This document shows, one piece after another, positions 19,351 to 28,943 of a DNA stretch of 64,000 nt. The notes below the pieces were generated by a model. The model was not told the origin of the DNA. It searched no databases and saw only the letters and a program-made list of their open reading frames with translations. Position 1 is the first letter of the stretch. Every line of letters starts with the position of its first letter. This stretch comes from an uncultured virus (IMG/VR IMGVR_UViG_3300018080_000162). Taxonomy: Duplodnaviria > Heunggongvirae > Uroviricota > Caudoviricetes. A program made the position numbers and the translations under genes. The stretch lies in the IMG/VR virus record IMGVR_UViG_3300018080_000162. One strand, given 5' to 3'.

Positions 19351-19639
19351 GAAAGTCTGTCAAATTTGTCATGCGAAAACGTGGGGCCGTTTAAGCAAAG
19401 CATGGGGCTGGACGGTAAGGGAACTGAAGGGTCTTGGGGCCGAGAACATACAAACGAATATTGATACGGAATGGTGGGGAGAACGTCAAGAAAAGAAATG
19501 GAATGAGGGGTGGGTTTCATGTTTTCACAGTGGTCGAACAAACTTGAATGGCGATAGAATATTGGAACAAGTCAGCACCAAAGGAGAGCCTCCTTCTGAT
19601 TGCCCTTTCTACCTTGAGCATCGAGTGGAGGTTCAATGA
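19340..19639 (+). CDS. ZLEH family protein
   Basis: MLSKKVCQIC...PPSDCPFYLEH. Confidence 0.8.
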   Translation: MLSKKVCQICHAKTWGRLSKAWGWTVRELKGLGAENIQTNIDTEWWGERQEKKWNEGWVSCFHSGRTNLNGDRILEQVSTKGEPPSDCPFYLEHRVEVQ

Positions 19640-19821
19640 GAGTCAAAGCCGATTTTGCGATATGCGGAAAATGTAAGCAATATGCCAAACGCAGAGATAA
19701 CTTCCTTGGTTGTGGAGATGTGGATTTTCTTTTCAAACCCGATGCCAAAATTTATGTTACGGAATTTTGTCCCTATCAGTTCGAGCACTTGATAAGCACG
19801 GGAGAGATAGATGCTGGTTAG
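19636..19821 (+). CDS. ZLEH family protein
   Basis: ICGKC...FCPYQFEH. Confidence 0.7.
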   Translation: MRVKADFAICGKCKQYAKRRDNFLGCGDVDFLFKPDAKIYVTEFCPYQFEHLISTGEIDAG

Positions 19822-20056
19822 CTGGAAAGAGTATTGGAAGAAGAAGCTCTCAAAAGTCTCTCCTGCTTTAAGCAAAAAGATTTGTCGGAGATGTTTGACA
19901 GAGAATGGTAGAGTATGGAGCTTGGACTGTGAACGGATGTGGCAGCGCGGGGAAGTGCCATGTGTCAAGGTAATGGCCCATAGACATCCTGTTATCATTA
20001 TTCCTGAAGGATGTCCTTTCTATTTGGAGCACCGTCTTGCCAGACACAAAGATTGA
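19811..20056 (+). CDS. ZLEH family protein
   Basis: LSKKICRRC...PEGCPFYLEH. Confidence 0.8.
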   Translation: MLVSWKEYWKKKLSKVSPALSKKICRRCLTENGRVWSLDCERMWQRGEVPCVKVMAHRHPVIIIPEGCPFYLEHRLARHKD

Positions 20057-20405
20057 TTGGAAATTCAAGGAAGCGAGAGTTTTGGCTGGTTTTACACAGG
20101 CGCAGCTTGCCAAAAAACTCAATGTTTCTCGGTCTACCATAAGCCGATGGGAGCGCACAGGTAAGGTAAAAATAAGTGATTTCATGGAATGGCTCGAAGT
20201 CTGTAATTGTCAAATGAAGATGATTCTTGTTGGTGATAATCCTGTCAAGGCAAGACCGGAAATCTGTGCGCAATGCTCTCGCGAACATTGCAATTCGAGA
20301 GCTAATGACCCTGATGAATCCAAAAGGAGAATTTTGAGAATCGTGTATGCGGAACCTGCGAAAGAGTGTCCTTTTTACTTGGAACATGTTCTTCATGTTG
20401 AGTAA
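20037..20405 (+). CDS. XRE-family HTH fused to ZLEH domain
   Basis: GFTQAQLAKKLNVSRSTISRWERTG; EICAQC...ECPFYLEH. Confidence 0.85.
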   Translation: MPDTKIDWKFKEARVLAGFTQAQLAKKLNVSRSTISRWERTGKVKISDFMEWLEVCNCQMKMILVGDNPVKARPEICAQCSREHCNSRANDPDESKRRILRIVYAEPAKECPFYLEHVLHVE

Positions 20406-20676
20406 ACAGATTTGTGAGAAGTGTTATGCCGAGGCAGGTTGGCCTTGGCGTCCAAAAGGTGTGGAGGTTCGCTATTGGAGCAAGGGTGTCGTTTATTGTC
20501 CCGAACGTTACTCTATGCGGATGCCGGATGGCACCATTGAGGAACGGGGATATATCACATCCAATTATTGTCTTGTAAGAAAAGGCCCAAGTAAACATTG
20601 TCTCTTCTTTCTTGAGCAGAAATTGCATCATCATGCTAACAAAAAGACTTTGCCAAAAATGCCTCGAAGTTCGTGA
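20395..20676 (+). CDS. ZLEH family protein
   Basis: MLSKQICEKC...HCLFFLEQ. Confidence 0.8.
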   Translation: MLSKQICEKCYAEAGWPWRPKGVEVRYWSKGVVYCPERYSMRMPDGTIEERGYITSNYCLVRKGPSKHCLFFLEQKLHHHANKKTLPKMPRSS

Positions 20677-20902
20677 TATAGATTGGCATTCTACGAAGCT
20701 TCTTTTTCTGGAAGAGAACGGAAGACGCCATTCGATGTGGACTTCGGAGGACATCTGGTGTAAGGATGGCACTGTATGCTGCCCGATGATTCAGAGAATC
20801 AAAGTCTGGAAATGGCATCGGTTACGGATTGACAGGACACCGCCGACATCATGCCCCTATTACCTTGAACATCTGTTGGAGGAAGGATATGGAAATCAGT
20901 GA
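20633..20902 (+). CDS. ZLEH family protein
   Basis: MLTKRLCQKC...PPTSCPYYLEH. Confidence 0.8.
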   Translation: MLTKRLCQKCLEVRDIDWHSTKLLFLEENGRRHSMWTSEDIWCKDGTVCCPMIQRIKVWKWHRLRIDRTPPTSCPYYLEHLLEEGYGNQ

Positions 20903-21251
20903 AGAAGATTCTCAGGTGCTTGCGAGTATAGGCATCTTGAGGGAAATCGAGGGTTATCTGCGGCTTGTGAATGTTCCTGCCAATCGGTCTCGCTTGTCCA
21001 TTTTAGAGGAATCTATTCGGGTGCTCATAAGATTTCTCAAATTATGCAGTAGATTCATAGCTGCTCCTACTCCTCAGTTATCAACGGAATGGCATGTGGT
21101 TCTCTGGTGGAACAATGCTCATGTTGAAGTAGGGGGCAGTTATTTCGTGTTCTCGTTTGATTCTCTTGGTATCAGTGATAGATGCCTTACCAGTGACTCA
21201 GAAAGGGTTCTGAGGCTGTTGAGGCAGGCGCGTTTAATGGCTATGGAATAA
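20889..21251 (+). CDS. hypothetical protein
   Basis: GGAGG-like RBS; in operon. Confidence 0.5.
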   Translation: MEISEEDSQVLASIGILREIEGYLRLVNVPANRSRLSILEESIRVLIRFLKLCSRFIAAPTPQLSTEWHVVLWWNNAHVEVGGSYFVFSFDSLGISDRCLTSDSERVLRLLRQARLMAME

Positions 21252-21263
21252 GGAGAGAAGTTT

Positions 21264-21449
21264 GTGAACAAAAAAGTGTGTCAAAGTTGCCCCTTTTTGG
21301 GTATAATGGGGAAGAATAACGAAAGGTTGGTAGCTGCGGGTGAGAGCTATTGCAGGAAATCTGGCGAAAGTTTGGAAAAGATGAGGAGTCTTCCATTCGG
21401 TTGCCCGAAGGTCATGCAACATATTGAAAGTAAGAGAGTTGCTAAATAA
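21264..21449 (+). CDS. ZLEH family protein (divergent)
   Basis: NKKVCQSC...PFGCPKVMQH. Confidence 0.65.
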   Translation: MNKKVCQSCPFLGIMGKNNERLVAAGESYCRKSGESLEKMRSLPFGCPKVMQHIESKRVAK

Positions 21450-21687
21450 GTGGATATGTGTGGAATGTTGGAAGGCTTATACAGGCGAGGACATCTCGAC
21501 TGATAGGATAGAAAAGGAGTGCTACGAAAATTGGTGGAGAAAAACTCGTGAGTGGCTTTGTCTTCTCAAAGACAAAAATGGCGACCGTCGTTTGGTGAAA
21601 GAGAAAGACAAACCTTTTGTGGACTGTTTCTATTTTCTTGAGCAGTCCTTGTACGGAGTGGAAAGGAACCTTTTGCGAAGGAGGTAA
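21439..21687 (+). CDS. ZLEH family protein
   Basis: LNKWICVEC...DCFYFLEQ. Confidence 0.75.
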   Translation: MLNKWICVECWKAYTGEDISTDRIEKECYENWWRKTREWLCLLKDKNGDRRLVKEKDKPFVDCFYFLEQSLYGVERNLLRRR

Positions 21688-21689
21688 CG

Positions 21690-22049
21690 ATGGCAGATGA
21701 TTTGACACAGAAGTTCGAGGCAATCAAAGGCGAAGTGGACGACATGATTAAGAAATGGAAAGAACAGAATCCCCAAGGGCTGACAGGCTTCTTTAGCTTC
21801 ATGTACTCCATTGTGAGCGATTTGGTGGAACTGGTAGAGGTTTCTACGGAAGTTGTCAAGACAAACAAGAAAGAGACGGTCGTGGCTGCGTTCAAGTATG
21901 CTTACGACGAAATCAATCCTGACCTGCCGTGGATTCCCGAACCGCTGGAGAGCATGATTGAAAATTGGCTTTTCAGTGCGGCATTACCTGTTTTCATTGA
22001 TTGGCTTGTTGCGCTGCTGAACAAGAAAGGCATCTTCACGCATTCTTGA
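21690..22049 (+). CDS. hypothetical helical protein
   Basis: GGAGG RBS; INPDLPWIPEPLE motif. Confidence 0.65.
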   Translation: MADDLTQKFEAIKGEVDDMIKKWKEQNPQGLTGFFSFMYSIVSDLVELVEVSTEVVKTNKKETVVAAFKYAYDEINPDLPWIPEPLESMIENWLFSAALPVFIDWLVALLNKKGIFTHS

Positions 22050-22124
22050 CCAAGATAGAAGTCCAAAGGGAGAACAGTCTTGTGATGCTGTTCTCCCTTT
22101 CTTCTCAAACTTACGGATGGAAAC

Positions 22125-23540
22125 ATGAATCATCTCAACGATGTAACCTTCACCATTCCAATCCAGTTTGAAAGCAAGGATAGGGTAAGCAACTTCAAGA
22201 TTGTGCTGGCCTATCTTCTGAAGCACATAGACGCCAGAATATTCATTCTGGAGAGTGACACAAAAGCAAGATTCTATGAGCTTATCCATGAGGATTTATC
22301 CGCAAGATGCTGGTACAAGTTCTACGAAGTCGGAAAGAATGTGGAATTCCATCGGACAAAGTTTCTCAACATCATGGCAAAAGGTTGCAGCACTCAGATT
22401 ATCGTCAACTACGATGCCGATGTTCTTTTGAAGCCAGAGCAATATGCCGAGGCGGTCGAACTCATTCTTTCCGGCAAGTGCGATATGTGCTTTCCTTATG
22501 ATGGCAAGTTTCGTGACATTCCAGAACGCTTCCATGAGAGAATCAGGCGCGAACTTTCAATTGATTTTCTCAATCCTGAAGAATGCCCTCCTCAGGCACC
22601 GAAGTCCGTGGGAGGAGCATTGTTGCTGGACAGGAAGAAGTTCATTGAAGCCGGAATGGAAAACGAGTATTTCATCTCTTGGGGTCACGAGGACAAGGAG
22701 AGGATTGCTCGTTTTCAGAAATTGGGTTTTACGGTTGGCAGGGTTGAGCAGCCGCTCTATCATCTTGTGCATCAAAAGACAAAAGGGCCTGCGGAGAATG
22801 TCGAGAGACAGAAAAATCTCTACGTCAAAATCGCGAGGATGGGAAAAGAAGAACTGAAACAGGAAGTCAGTACGTGGCATTGGGTTGATTCCAATCCTGA
22901 CCGGATACCCAAGAAGTTGCACTATTGCTGGTTTGGCGGCGAGATGGATGAGCAATCAAAACAGTGCATCGAAGGTTGGAAAAAGCTAATGCCCGACTTT
23001 GAGCTTTTTCAATGGGACGAGACAAATCTGCCTGTTCAGAATGCCTATGTCAAGATGGCGATAATGAACAAGAAATGGGCGAATCTCTCGAATTTTATTC
23101 GGCTTGAGGTTTTGGATAGGATGGGCGGCATTTATTTCGATACCGATGTGGAGGTTGTTAGGCCATTTCATCCTCTTCTGAAAAATGAGTGCTTTGCCGG
23201 ATTTCAGATTACAGGAATCAAGCATGGAACGTTGGTAAACAATGCGGTTTTCGGGGCCTGCGCAGGTCATTGGCTTGCAAGAGAAATGCGAGACCGATTA
23301 CTGCGGAAGTTTGACGCGCTGGAGGGAGCGCAGGAATCGTCTCCTCAGCTTATTACACAAGTGTTGATGGAGAAGGGCTTGAAAGATTATGACGAGCATG
23401 GGAAGATTGTCTGTGGTATGAAAATCTATCCCGTCCAGTATTTCTATCCTTATTCTTGGAGGGGACATTTTACACCATCCTGCGTCAAGCATGATACGTA
23501 TTGCATCCATCATTGGGCAAAAAGGTGGGAGCACCGATGA
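22125..23540 (+). CDS. glycosyltransferase fusion (GT7C/galactosyltransferase-like + GT32 DxD)
   Basis: YDADV, GMENEYFISWGHED; IPKKLHYCWFGG, GGIYFDTDVE, CIHHW. Confidence 0.85.
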   Translation: MNHLNDVTFTIPIQFESKDRVSNFKIVLAYLLKHIDARIFILESDTKARFYELIHEDLSARCWYKFYEVGKNVEFHRTKFLNIMAKGCSTQIIVNYDADVLLKPEQYAEAVELILSGKCDMCFPYDGKFRDIPERFHERIRRELSIDFLNPEECPPQAPKSVGGALLLDRKKFIEAGMENEYFISWGHEDKERIARFQKLGFTVGRVEQPLYHLVHQKTKGPAENVERQKNLYVKIARMGKEELKQEVSTWHWVDSNPDRIPKKLHYCWFGGEMDEQSKQCIEGWKKLMPDFELFQWDETNLPVQNAYVKMAIMNKKWANLSNFIRLEVLDRMGGIYFDTDVEVVRPFHPLLKNECFAGFQITGIKHGTLVNNAVFGACAGHWLAREMRDRLLRKFDALEGAQESSPQLITQVLMEKGLKDYDEHGKIVCGMKIYPVQYFYPYSWRGHFTPSCVKHDTYCIHHWAKRWEHR

Positions 23541-24640
23541 AGAAGCTTCTTCTCGTCCATGCTCCTCTTGTGGACGCAGGAAATCCCATAGCAATTCTGG
23601 ACATGGCTCCCTATCTCAGGCAGAGAGGATTCAAGGTGGACTGCTATTACAGCAATGACCTGCCGAAGGATGAGAACTACGATGTTGTGGGTCTATCTGC
23701 GCTTACGGCTCAAGGAGAAGCTTCTCTTTCTCTGGTCGTTCGCCTCAAACGACGTTATCCCGATTCGAAGGTCATCCTTGGGGGTAAATGGGCCGTTACG
23801 ATGGAGTCTGAAGATGAGAGGCTTTTGAGAGAGAGGGAAATAGAGATTGTGCGTGGCAGCGGTGAAACATATTTCACCGGCGAATCTTCTATAGACTATG
23901 ATTCCTATCCTTCTTGGAACGAGGACGATTTCAAGAGGCTGTTCAAGGGCTATCACGTAATGACGAGTCGTGGCTGTCCATTTCATTGTCATTTTTGCAA
24001 CAATACCGAGAAGAAGGTCAATTTCTTTTCGGCCAAGAGGTCGGTTGACAACATGGAGATAGTGCTTAGAACAGGAGCCTCCAAACTCTTCATTCTCGAT
24101 GATGTATTCTGCCTGAAGTTGAAGCACATGAAAGCGGTTTACGATGAGTGCAAGAGAAGGAGTTTGCCCATCGAGGGGAAACTGATTTTTTTTGTCCATG
24201 CAAATGTCATTAACAAAGAGCTTGTTAGAATGATTCAACTCTTTCAGCCTCATCACGTGGAGATGGGGATTGAGTCGGGCGATAACAGGATGCTTGAGGT
24301 CATGGGGAAAAACACGACGACAAGCAAAGTGGAGGAAAGTCTTTATCAGCTTTACGATGCAGACATCAAAGTAGTGGGGCTGTTCATGGTAGGATTTCCC
24401 ACGGAGAGTCTTGAAAGTCTCAAGAACACGCTCGGTTTTGCACAGAGGATTCGTCGATTGTTGACAAACAAATGGGTGAGTTTCTACCAGCCCATTCCGA
24501 ATACGGTTGGTTACGAGATGGCGAAGGAACATGGCATGATATTGAGCCGGAGGCAATGGAACAGAAACATTGCTTATCTTGACCATAATTTAACCGAAGA
24601 AGACCTTTTGACATTTAGGGAATCTATTCTCAGAGTATGA
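23537..24640 (+). CDS. B12-binding-like radical SAM protein
   Basis: TSRGCPFHCHFC, GIESG, FMVGFPTES. Confidence 0.88.
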   Translation: MKKLLLVHAPLVDAGNPIAILDMAPYLRQRGFKVDCYYSNDLPKDENYDVVGLSALTAQGEASLSLVVRLKRRYPDSKVILGGKWAVTMESEDERLLREREIEIVRGSGETYFTGESSIDYDSYPSWNEDDFKRLFKGYHVMTSRGCPFHCHFCNNTEKKVNFFSAKRSVDNMEIVLRTGASKLFILDDVFCLKLKHMKAVYDECKRRSLPIEGKLIFFVHANVINKELVRMIQLFQPHHVEMGIESGDNRMLEVMGKNTTTSKVEESLYQLYDADIKVVGLFMVGFPTESLESLKNTLGFAQRIRRLLTNKWVSFYQPIPNTVGYEMAKEHGMILSRRQWNRNIAYLDHNLTEEDLLTFRESILRV

Positions 24641-25200
24641 AGCAATTAAAGAGCAGAAACCAGTTGCCTCTTTTGCTGAATGAGCTTGGCTTGATAGGAG
24701 AGGGTGTAGAGGTCGGTGTGAGAAAAGGCGACTATTCGGTTGTACTGCTGCAAAGAAGCAAGCTTGCTCGGCTTTTCTCTGTAGACCCGTGGATGGAATT
24801 TCCCAAAGAGGAATGGGATGACAAGGCGAATGTTACGCAAGCGCAACAGGATGCCATTTACAAGCTGGCGGTGCAACAGTTGTGTCCTTTTCGATTGCGC
24901 AGTGTCATAATGAGAATGACATCAAGCGATGCGGCTTCGCACTTCAAGCATGAGGAAATGGATTTTGTTTACCTTGATGCCCAACATCATTTCTATGGAA
25001 TACAAAGCGACCTTCAGCTTTGGTATCCCATTGTCAAAAAGGGCGGTGTTCTTGCAGGGCATGATTATCTTGACGGAGAAATTGAAGGAGTAGGTAGTTT
25101 TGGTGTCAAGTCTGCTGTTGACTGGTTTCTCGGAGGCAGACTGCATAAGCTTTTTGTTACGGAAGAAGAATGGCCGACTTGGTATTTTGTCAAGGAATGA
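24637..25200 (+). CDS. class I SAM-dependent methyltransferase
   Basis: GVEVGVRKG, SVDPW, DFVYLDAQH, GGVLAGHDY. Confidence 0.88.
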   Translation: MKQLKSRNQLPLLLNELGLIGEGVEVGVRKGDYSVVLLQRSKLARLFSVDPWMEFPKEEWDDKANVTQAQQDAIYKLAVQQLCPFRLRSVIMRMTSSDAASHFKHEEMDFVYLDAQHHFYGIQSDLQLWYPIVKKGGVLAGHDYLDGEIEGVGSFGVKSAVDWFLGGRLHKLFVTEEEWPTWYFVKE

Positions 25201-25203
25201 AGC

Positions 25204-25725
25204 ATGACCGAAATAAGGATTTGCTCAACGTGCGAATACGGCAAAATGATGTGCCAGTTGGAAGCAGGCAAAGAATGCCCCTATGGTTTGGAACATGAAC
25301 TTGATAAGAATCAAGAGGAGAAGCTGTATCTCTACAATATTGGCTATGGAACGTGTGAAGAATCAGCAGACTGGCAATATTATCATCGGGAGAAGTACAC
25401 GGAAGAACAGTTGACTCAGATTGTCGAAGATTGTCTTCTTGTGGTTTTGCTGGAGAAGAAGAAGCCTTTCTCAAAATGGGAACATCAACAGCATCCTTCT
25501 TTTCAAGACCTCATGGGAGAAGAGGCTTTTCACAAAGAGCTTCAGAAGAGAGGATTTCAACATATTCGTTTTGAATCTCATTTCTACTGCTTTGGTTGGA
25601 TGCAGGCAGATGTTCCTGATAGTTGGGATGGGCACAGTTCTAACGAAGACAAGGCACTTGCCGAGAGATTGAAGAAGCGTTGGGAGGAAGCACGACATGG
25701 CAAAAGAAATTCTGGCGGTTCCTGA
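25204..25725 (+). CDS. minimal ZLEH module fused to unknown domain
   Basis: ICSTC...MC...ECPYGLEH at N-terminus. Confidence 0.7.
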   Translation: MTEIRICSTCEYGKMMCQLEAGKECPYGLEHELDKNQEEKLYLYNIGYGTCEESADWQYYHREKYTEEQLTQIVEDCLLVVLLEKKKPFSKWEHQQHPSFQDLMGEEAFHKELQKRGFQHIRFESHFYCFGWMQADVPDSWDGHSSNEDKALAERLKKRWEEARHGKRNSGGS

Positions 25726-25855
25726 AGAGTACCTGCCTGCCGTGATAGCAGTCATTCGTAATGGGCTGGCGGTGACATCTGTGCCGAAAGAAGTCAAGGA
25801 AAACTTGCTCAAGTGGTGTAAGGAAGAAGAGAAATACATGAAGGGATAGTCTACT

Positions 25856-26038
25856 ATGCACGAGAGATATGCGAGACTCAAACAGCAGTACGAGCAACTG
25901 AGCGAAGAGAAAAAAGAGAGATGGGGAAAAATGCCGCTGGAGGAAGATTTTACCTGCCATGAGTGTCTGGACAAGGACGTGTGCCAGTATTCTTTCGACC
26001 TTTACAATACGAATGGCGACTGTCTGGCATTCAAGTAG
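25856..26038 (+). CDS. small Cys-rich protein
   Basis: CHEC...C...YNTNGDCLA. Confidence 0.55.
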   Translation: MHERYARLKQQYEQLSEEKKERWGKMPLEEDFTCHECLDKDVCQYSFDLYNTNGDCLAFK

Positions 26039-26046
26039 GGGATGAT

Positions 26047-26424
26047 ATGCTATTGACGCGGTTCGAATGGAAAGAGAAAGCTATTCTGAGAGGCACTTTG
26101 AATAAAGCAATTTGCCAGCGTTGTTGGCATGAGAGCGCGGATATTCTGAGGCCGTTTGATGACCCGTATGAATCTGTCTCCCCCGGAGAGCTTGACTGGC
26201 AGATTCACAAAGGCAAGGTTTGTCCAATGAAGGCAGACTTTGCATGTTTTGGCAAGCAGTTCAGATGGGATTGCGATGGCTGTCCTTTGGAGATACAGTG
26301 CAAAGAGAAGACGCTGACAGGTAAACTCACGAAGGTGATACCTCCTCTTGGTTGTCCCTATTACTTGGAACAGATGCTCTATGTCGAGCCAAAAAACTTC
26401 AAAGCCGGTTGTCATAGCCTGTAG
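26047..26424 (+). CDS. ZLEH protein with inserted CFG-Cys module
   Basis: NKAICQRC...VCP..ACFGKQFRWDCDGC...C...PPLGCPYYLEQ. Confidence 0.75.
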   Translation: MLLTRFEWKEKAILRGTLNKAICQRCWHESADILRPFDDPYESVSPGELDWQIHKGKVCPMKADFACFGKQFRWDCDGCPLEIQCKEKTLTGKLTKVIPPLGCPYYLEQMLYVEPKNFKAGCHSL

Positions 26425-26806
26425 AGAGGCATGTAAACGATGTCAGGAAGAAATTTGGTTACAACTTTCTCCAACAAGGCGCAAATTTGAGAAGGTTCGG
26501 CAAGGTTCTGACCCATCTCTCTTTAATGAAAGATGGATGAATGGAAAAGTATGCTGTAGAGGTTTTTTGACGAGTGTTCTTGGGGATTTTGTTCCGCAGA
26601 ATTGCCCCTATCGTCTTGAACATGAGATTGCTGGAGTCTTGGATGAAGAGCAATTGAAAATCCTGAAAGCGGCAATCAACACAAGACATATCATAGACGA
26701 GTATAAGGCTGAAGAAGAGCATTACAAGCTTCTTTCAGAGCAGGCAGAACACATGGCTCCTGAAGATTATTATGAAGACTACGATGCAGAAAAGGACATG
26801 ATTTGA
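26381..26806 (+). CDS. ZLEH protein with acidic tail
   Basis: ACKRC...PQNCPYRLEH. Confidence 0.75.
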   Translation: MSSQKTSKPVVIACREACKRCQEEIWLQLSPTRRKFEKVRQGSDPSLFNERWMNGKVCCRGFLTSVLGDFVPQNCPYRLEHEIAGVLDEEQLKILKAAINTRHIIDEYKAEEEHYKLLSEQAEHMAPEDYYEDYDAEKDMI

Positions 26807-27130
26807 ATGTTTCTGGACAGACAGGTGTGTATTCATTGTTTGCGCTCTTCAAAACACCCTGAGAAAAGAAAGCTCTTAGAAGTTTTGGAGGAATGTTCTG
26901 AAGAAACATGGGCTGGTTTTACTTGTCCTTTTGTGACCGAATGGCCTTCGGGAGCCTGTTTTGGTTTCTATGTTCCAGAGTGCGAGAAGAAGTTTTGGAG
27001 CAACGTTTGTCCTTTCTGTAAGGACGTAACGCTTAATAAGATTGGAAAAGCATACAATAACCTTACCAGTCCTCCAAAAAGTTGTCCTTTCTACTTGGAA
27101 CATATTATGAAGTGCGCCTATGCTAAATAA
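26807..27130 (+). CDS. ZLEH family protein
   Basis: DRQVCIHC...PPKSCPFYLEH. Confidence 0.8.
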   Translation: MFLDRQVCIHCLRSSKHPEKRKLLEVLEECSEETWAGFTCPFVTEWPSGACFGFYVPECEKKFWSNVCPFCKDVTLNKIGKAYNNLTSPPKSCPFYLEHIMKCAYAK

Positions 27131-27416
27131 AGAGATATGCAAAAAGTGTCTTAGCGTCGTTTGGGAAACGGCGATGATGAGTCAAGATGGATGGACTTGG
27201 AGCACGACGGGTAGCGAGGCGAGATACACCTACGATGAGGTATGGGAACTCTTTCAGCACATCCGTTGCCCTAAGTCACAGTTTATGATGCACCGTATAG
27301 ACCAGTTGCCGCCTGATGATTGCCCTTTTCTGTTGGAGCACTATCTTGAAGCCGCTCCGCGTCATTATCATCTCAAACACATGCTGGTGGAAGATGTTGA
27401 GCAAAAAGATTTGTGA
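27120..27416 (+). CDS. ZLEH family protein
   Basis: MLNKEICKKC...PPDDCPFLLEH. Confidence 0.8.
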   Translation: MLNKEICKKCLSVVWETAMMSQDGWTWSTTGSEARYTYDEVWELFQHIRCPKSQFMMHRIDQLPPDDCPFLLEHYLEAAPRHYHLKHMLVEDVEQKDL

Positions 27417-27663
27417 GCAGTGTATTCGCGACAAGAGAATTCATTGGTACTACGATAAGTCGCCTGAAAAGATTTCCGATGATTTAGTAAGTGCATGGGA
27501 ACGGCATAAAATCAAGGAACTGGTGTGGGAGAAGGGAGTGGATTTTCCTTGTCCTGCTGTGGAAACATACAATGCTTATGACTGGTGGTGGTGGAATTCA
27601 TTGAGAAAACCTCCTAATGATTGTCAATTCAATCTGGAACACAAACTGGAGGCAGGCAGGTGA
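27394..27663 (+). CDS. ZLEH family protein
   Basis: MLSKKICEQC...PPNDCQFNLEH. Confidence 0.8.
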   Translation: MLSKKICEQCIRDKRIHWYYDKSPEKISDDLVSAWERHKIKELVWEKGVDFPCPAVETYNAYDWWWWNSLRKPPNDCQFNLEHKLEAGR

Positions 27664-27872
27664 TAGATTGGATATGCCGTTGGGAGTGTTACTCGCATCC
27701 TGATTATATGATTGTGACCGTCTATGACAAGTATTTTTCCGACACCGACCGAGATTATACAGAGTGGTTCTGTCCGAAGTTGAGAGTGCATGTGGAGAGT
27801 GATGGGAAGCCGCCTGAGGGTTGTCCTTTTTGGCTGGAGCATACGTTAGATGTTGAGCAAGAGAATCTGTGA
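27660..27872 (+). CDS. ZLEH family protein
   Basis: ICRWEC...PPEGCPFWLEH. Confidence 0.75.
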   Translation: MIDWICRWECYSHPDYMIVTVYDKYFSDTDRDYTEWFCPKLRVHVESDGKPPEGCPFWLEHTLDVEQENL

Positions 27873-28158
27873 ACAGTGCAACGAGATGATGGAGATTGTC
27901 GATTACGAGTTGGGGTGGATGGTGCGTTGTCGCGGGTGGATGAGATTTTTGACGCCAGTTTTCTATACGGCATTTCCTCCAAGTGGCTGCCCTTTTGACC
28001 TTGAGCATCGGGTAGAAATGGAACGAGAGAATGCTGAACAAGAAAATCTGTCAGAAGTGCTGGAAGGAAAGAAAACAGGATTGGCGACTGACTCCGGTGA
28101 GCTTGCGAGATGTGGACGGCTATCTGTCGCAGGAGGAAGCATGGGAGAAGTATCGTAA
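27850..28158 (+). CDS. ZLEH family protein (long overlap with next gene)
   Basis: MLSKRICEQC...PPSGCPFDLEH. Confidence 0.75.
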   Translation: MLSKRICEQCNEMMEIVDYELGWMVRCRGWMRFLTPVFYTAFPPSGCPFDLEHRVEMERENAEQENLSEVLEGKKTGLATDSGELARCGRLSVAGGSMGEVS

Positions 28159-28267
28159 GATATGCTGTGCCTGTATGTCGGATTTTGAGTTTCCCATTGA
28201 TGAAATACATCCTGTCGTGAGAAAGCATTGTCCTTACCTTTTGGAGCATCAGATTTGTGTTGAGTAA
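28031..28267 (+). CDS. ZLEH family protein
   Basis: MLNKKICQKC...HCPYLLEH. Confidence 0.8.
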   Translation: MLNKKICQKCWKERKQDWRLTPVSLRDVDGYLSQEEAWEKYRKICCACMSDFEFPIDEIHPVVRKHCPYLLEHQICVE

Positions 28268-28499
28268 AAAAGTTTGCATGGATTGTCATGGAAGATGGGC
28301 GAAAGGCGTGTTCCTTAATCTGTGGAAGTGGAGTAAGATTGACGAAGAGATGTGGAAAGAGGGTAGAGTTTCTTGTCCTATTTGTGATGTAGACCCAACA
28401 AGAGGAGTGATTTCGATTCAGAGTTTGCCGCCACAAGAATGTCAATACTATCTGGAACACTGTTTGGATGCTGATGATGCTGAACAAAAGAATCTGTAA
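28257..28499 (+). CDS. ZLEH family protein
   Basis: MLSKKVCMDC...PPQECQYYLEH. Confidence 0.8.
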   Translation: MLSKKVCMDCHGRWAKGVFLNLWKWSKIDEEMWKEGRVSCPICDVDPTRGVISIQSLPPQECQYYLEHCLDADDAEQKNL

Positions 28500-28743
28500 G
28501 AAGTGCTTCGAGAATAACCGCTACAGGTTTAGATGGAGAGGGGGCTATGGGTATCCGACCTGGAATCTGAGCGATGATTACTTTTGGAGAGATGGCAGAA
28601 CGCGCTGTCCTGCCAACACGGTACGAAGAGATTACGCACATGCAGCAGGTAACATGATTTCGACGAAGAAGATTCCTGATAATTGTTTCTATCATCTGGA
28701 GCAGATGTTAAGTCAAAAGAAGAAAGAATGCTCAAGAAGATAG
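28477..28743 (+). CDS. ZLEH family protein
   Basis: MLNKRICKKC...PDNCFYHLEQ. Confidence 0.8.
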   Translation: MLNKRICKKCFENNRYRFRWRGGYGYPTWNLSDDYFWRDGRTRCPANTVRRDYAHAAGNMISTKKIPDNCFYHLEQMLSQKKKECSRR

Positions 28744-28943
28744 TTTGCAAGAAGTGTCTGAAAAGCTTCGGCTATTGCTGGACAAAGATGGCAGAAGAGC
28801 ATTGGCAGGAGCAATGGGTGGAATGTCCTTATTCTGTGGAAGGAAGCGTCATGGGATGGATGGCTTCCACGGCAGATGAACCGCCTGATTTTTGCCCTTA
28901 CCATTTGGAGCATAAAATTACGGCAAGGAAAAAAGAAGCATGA
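28728..28943 (+). CDS. ZLEH family protein
   Basis: MLKKIVCKKC...PPDFCPYHLEH. Confidence 0.8.
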   Translation: MLKKIVCKKCLKSFGYCWTKMAEEHWQEQWVECPYSVEGSVMGWMASTADEPPDFCPYHLEHKITARKKEA

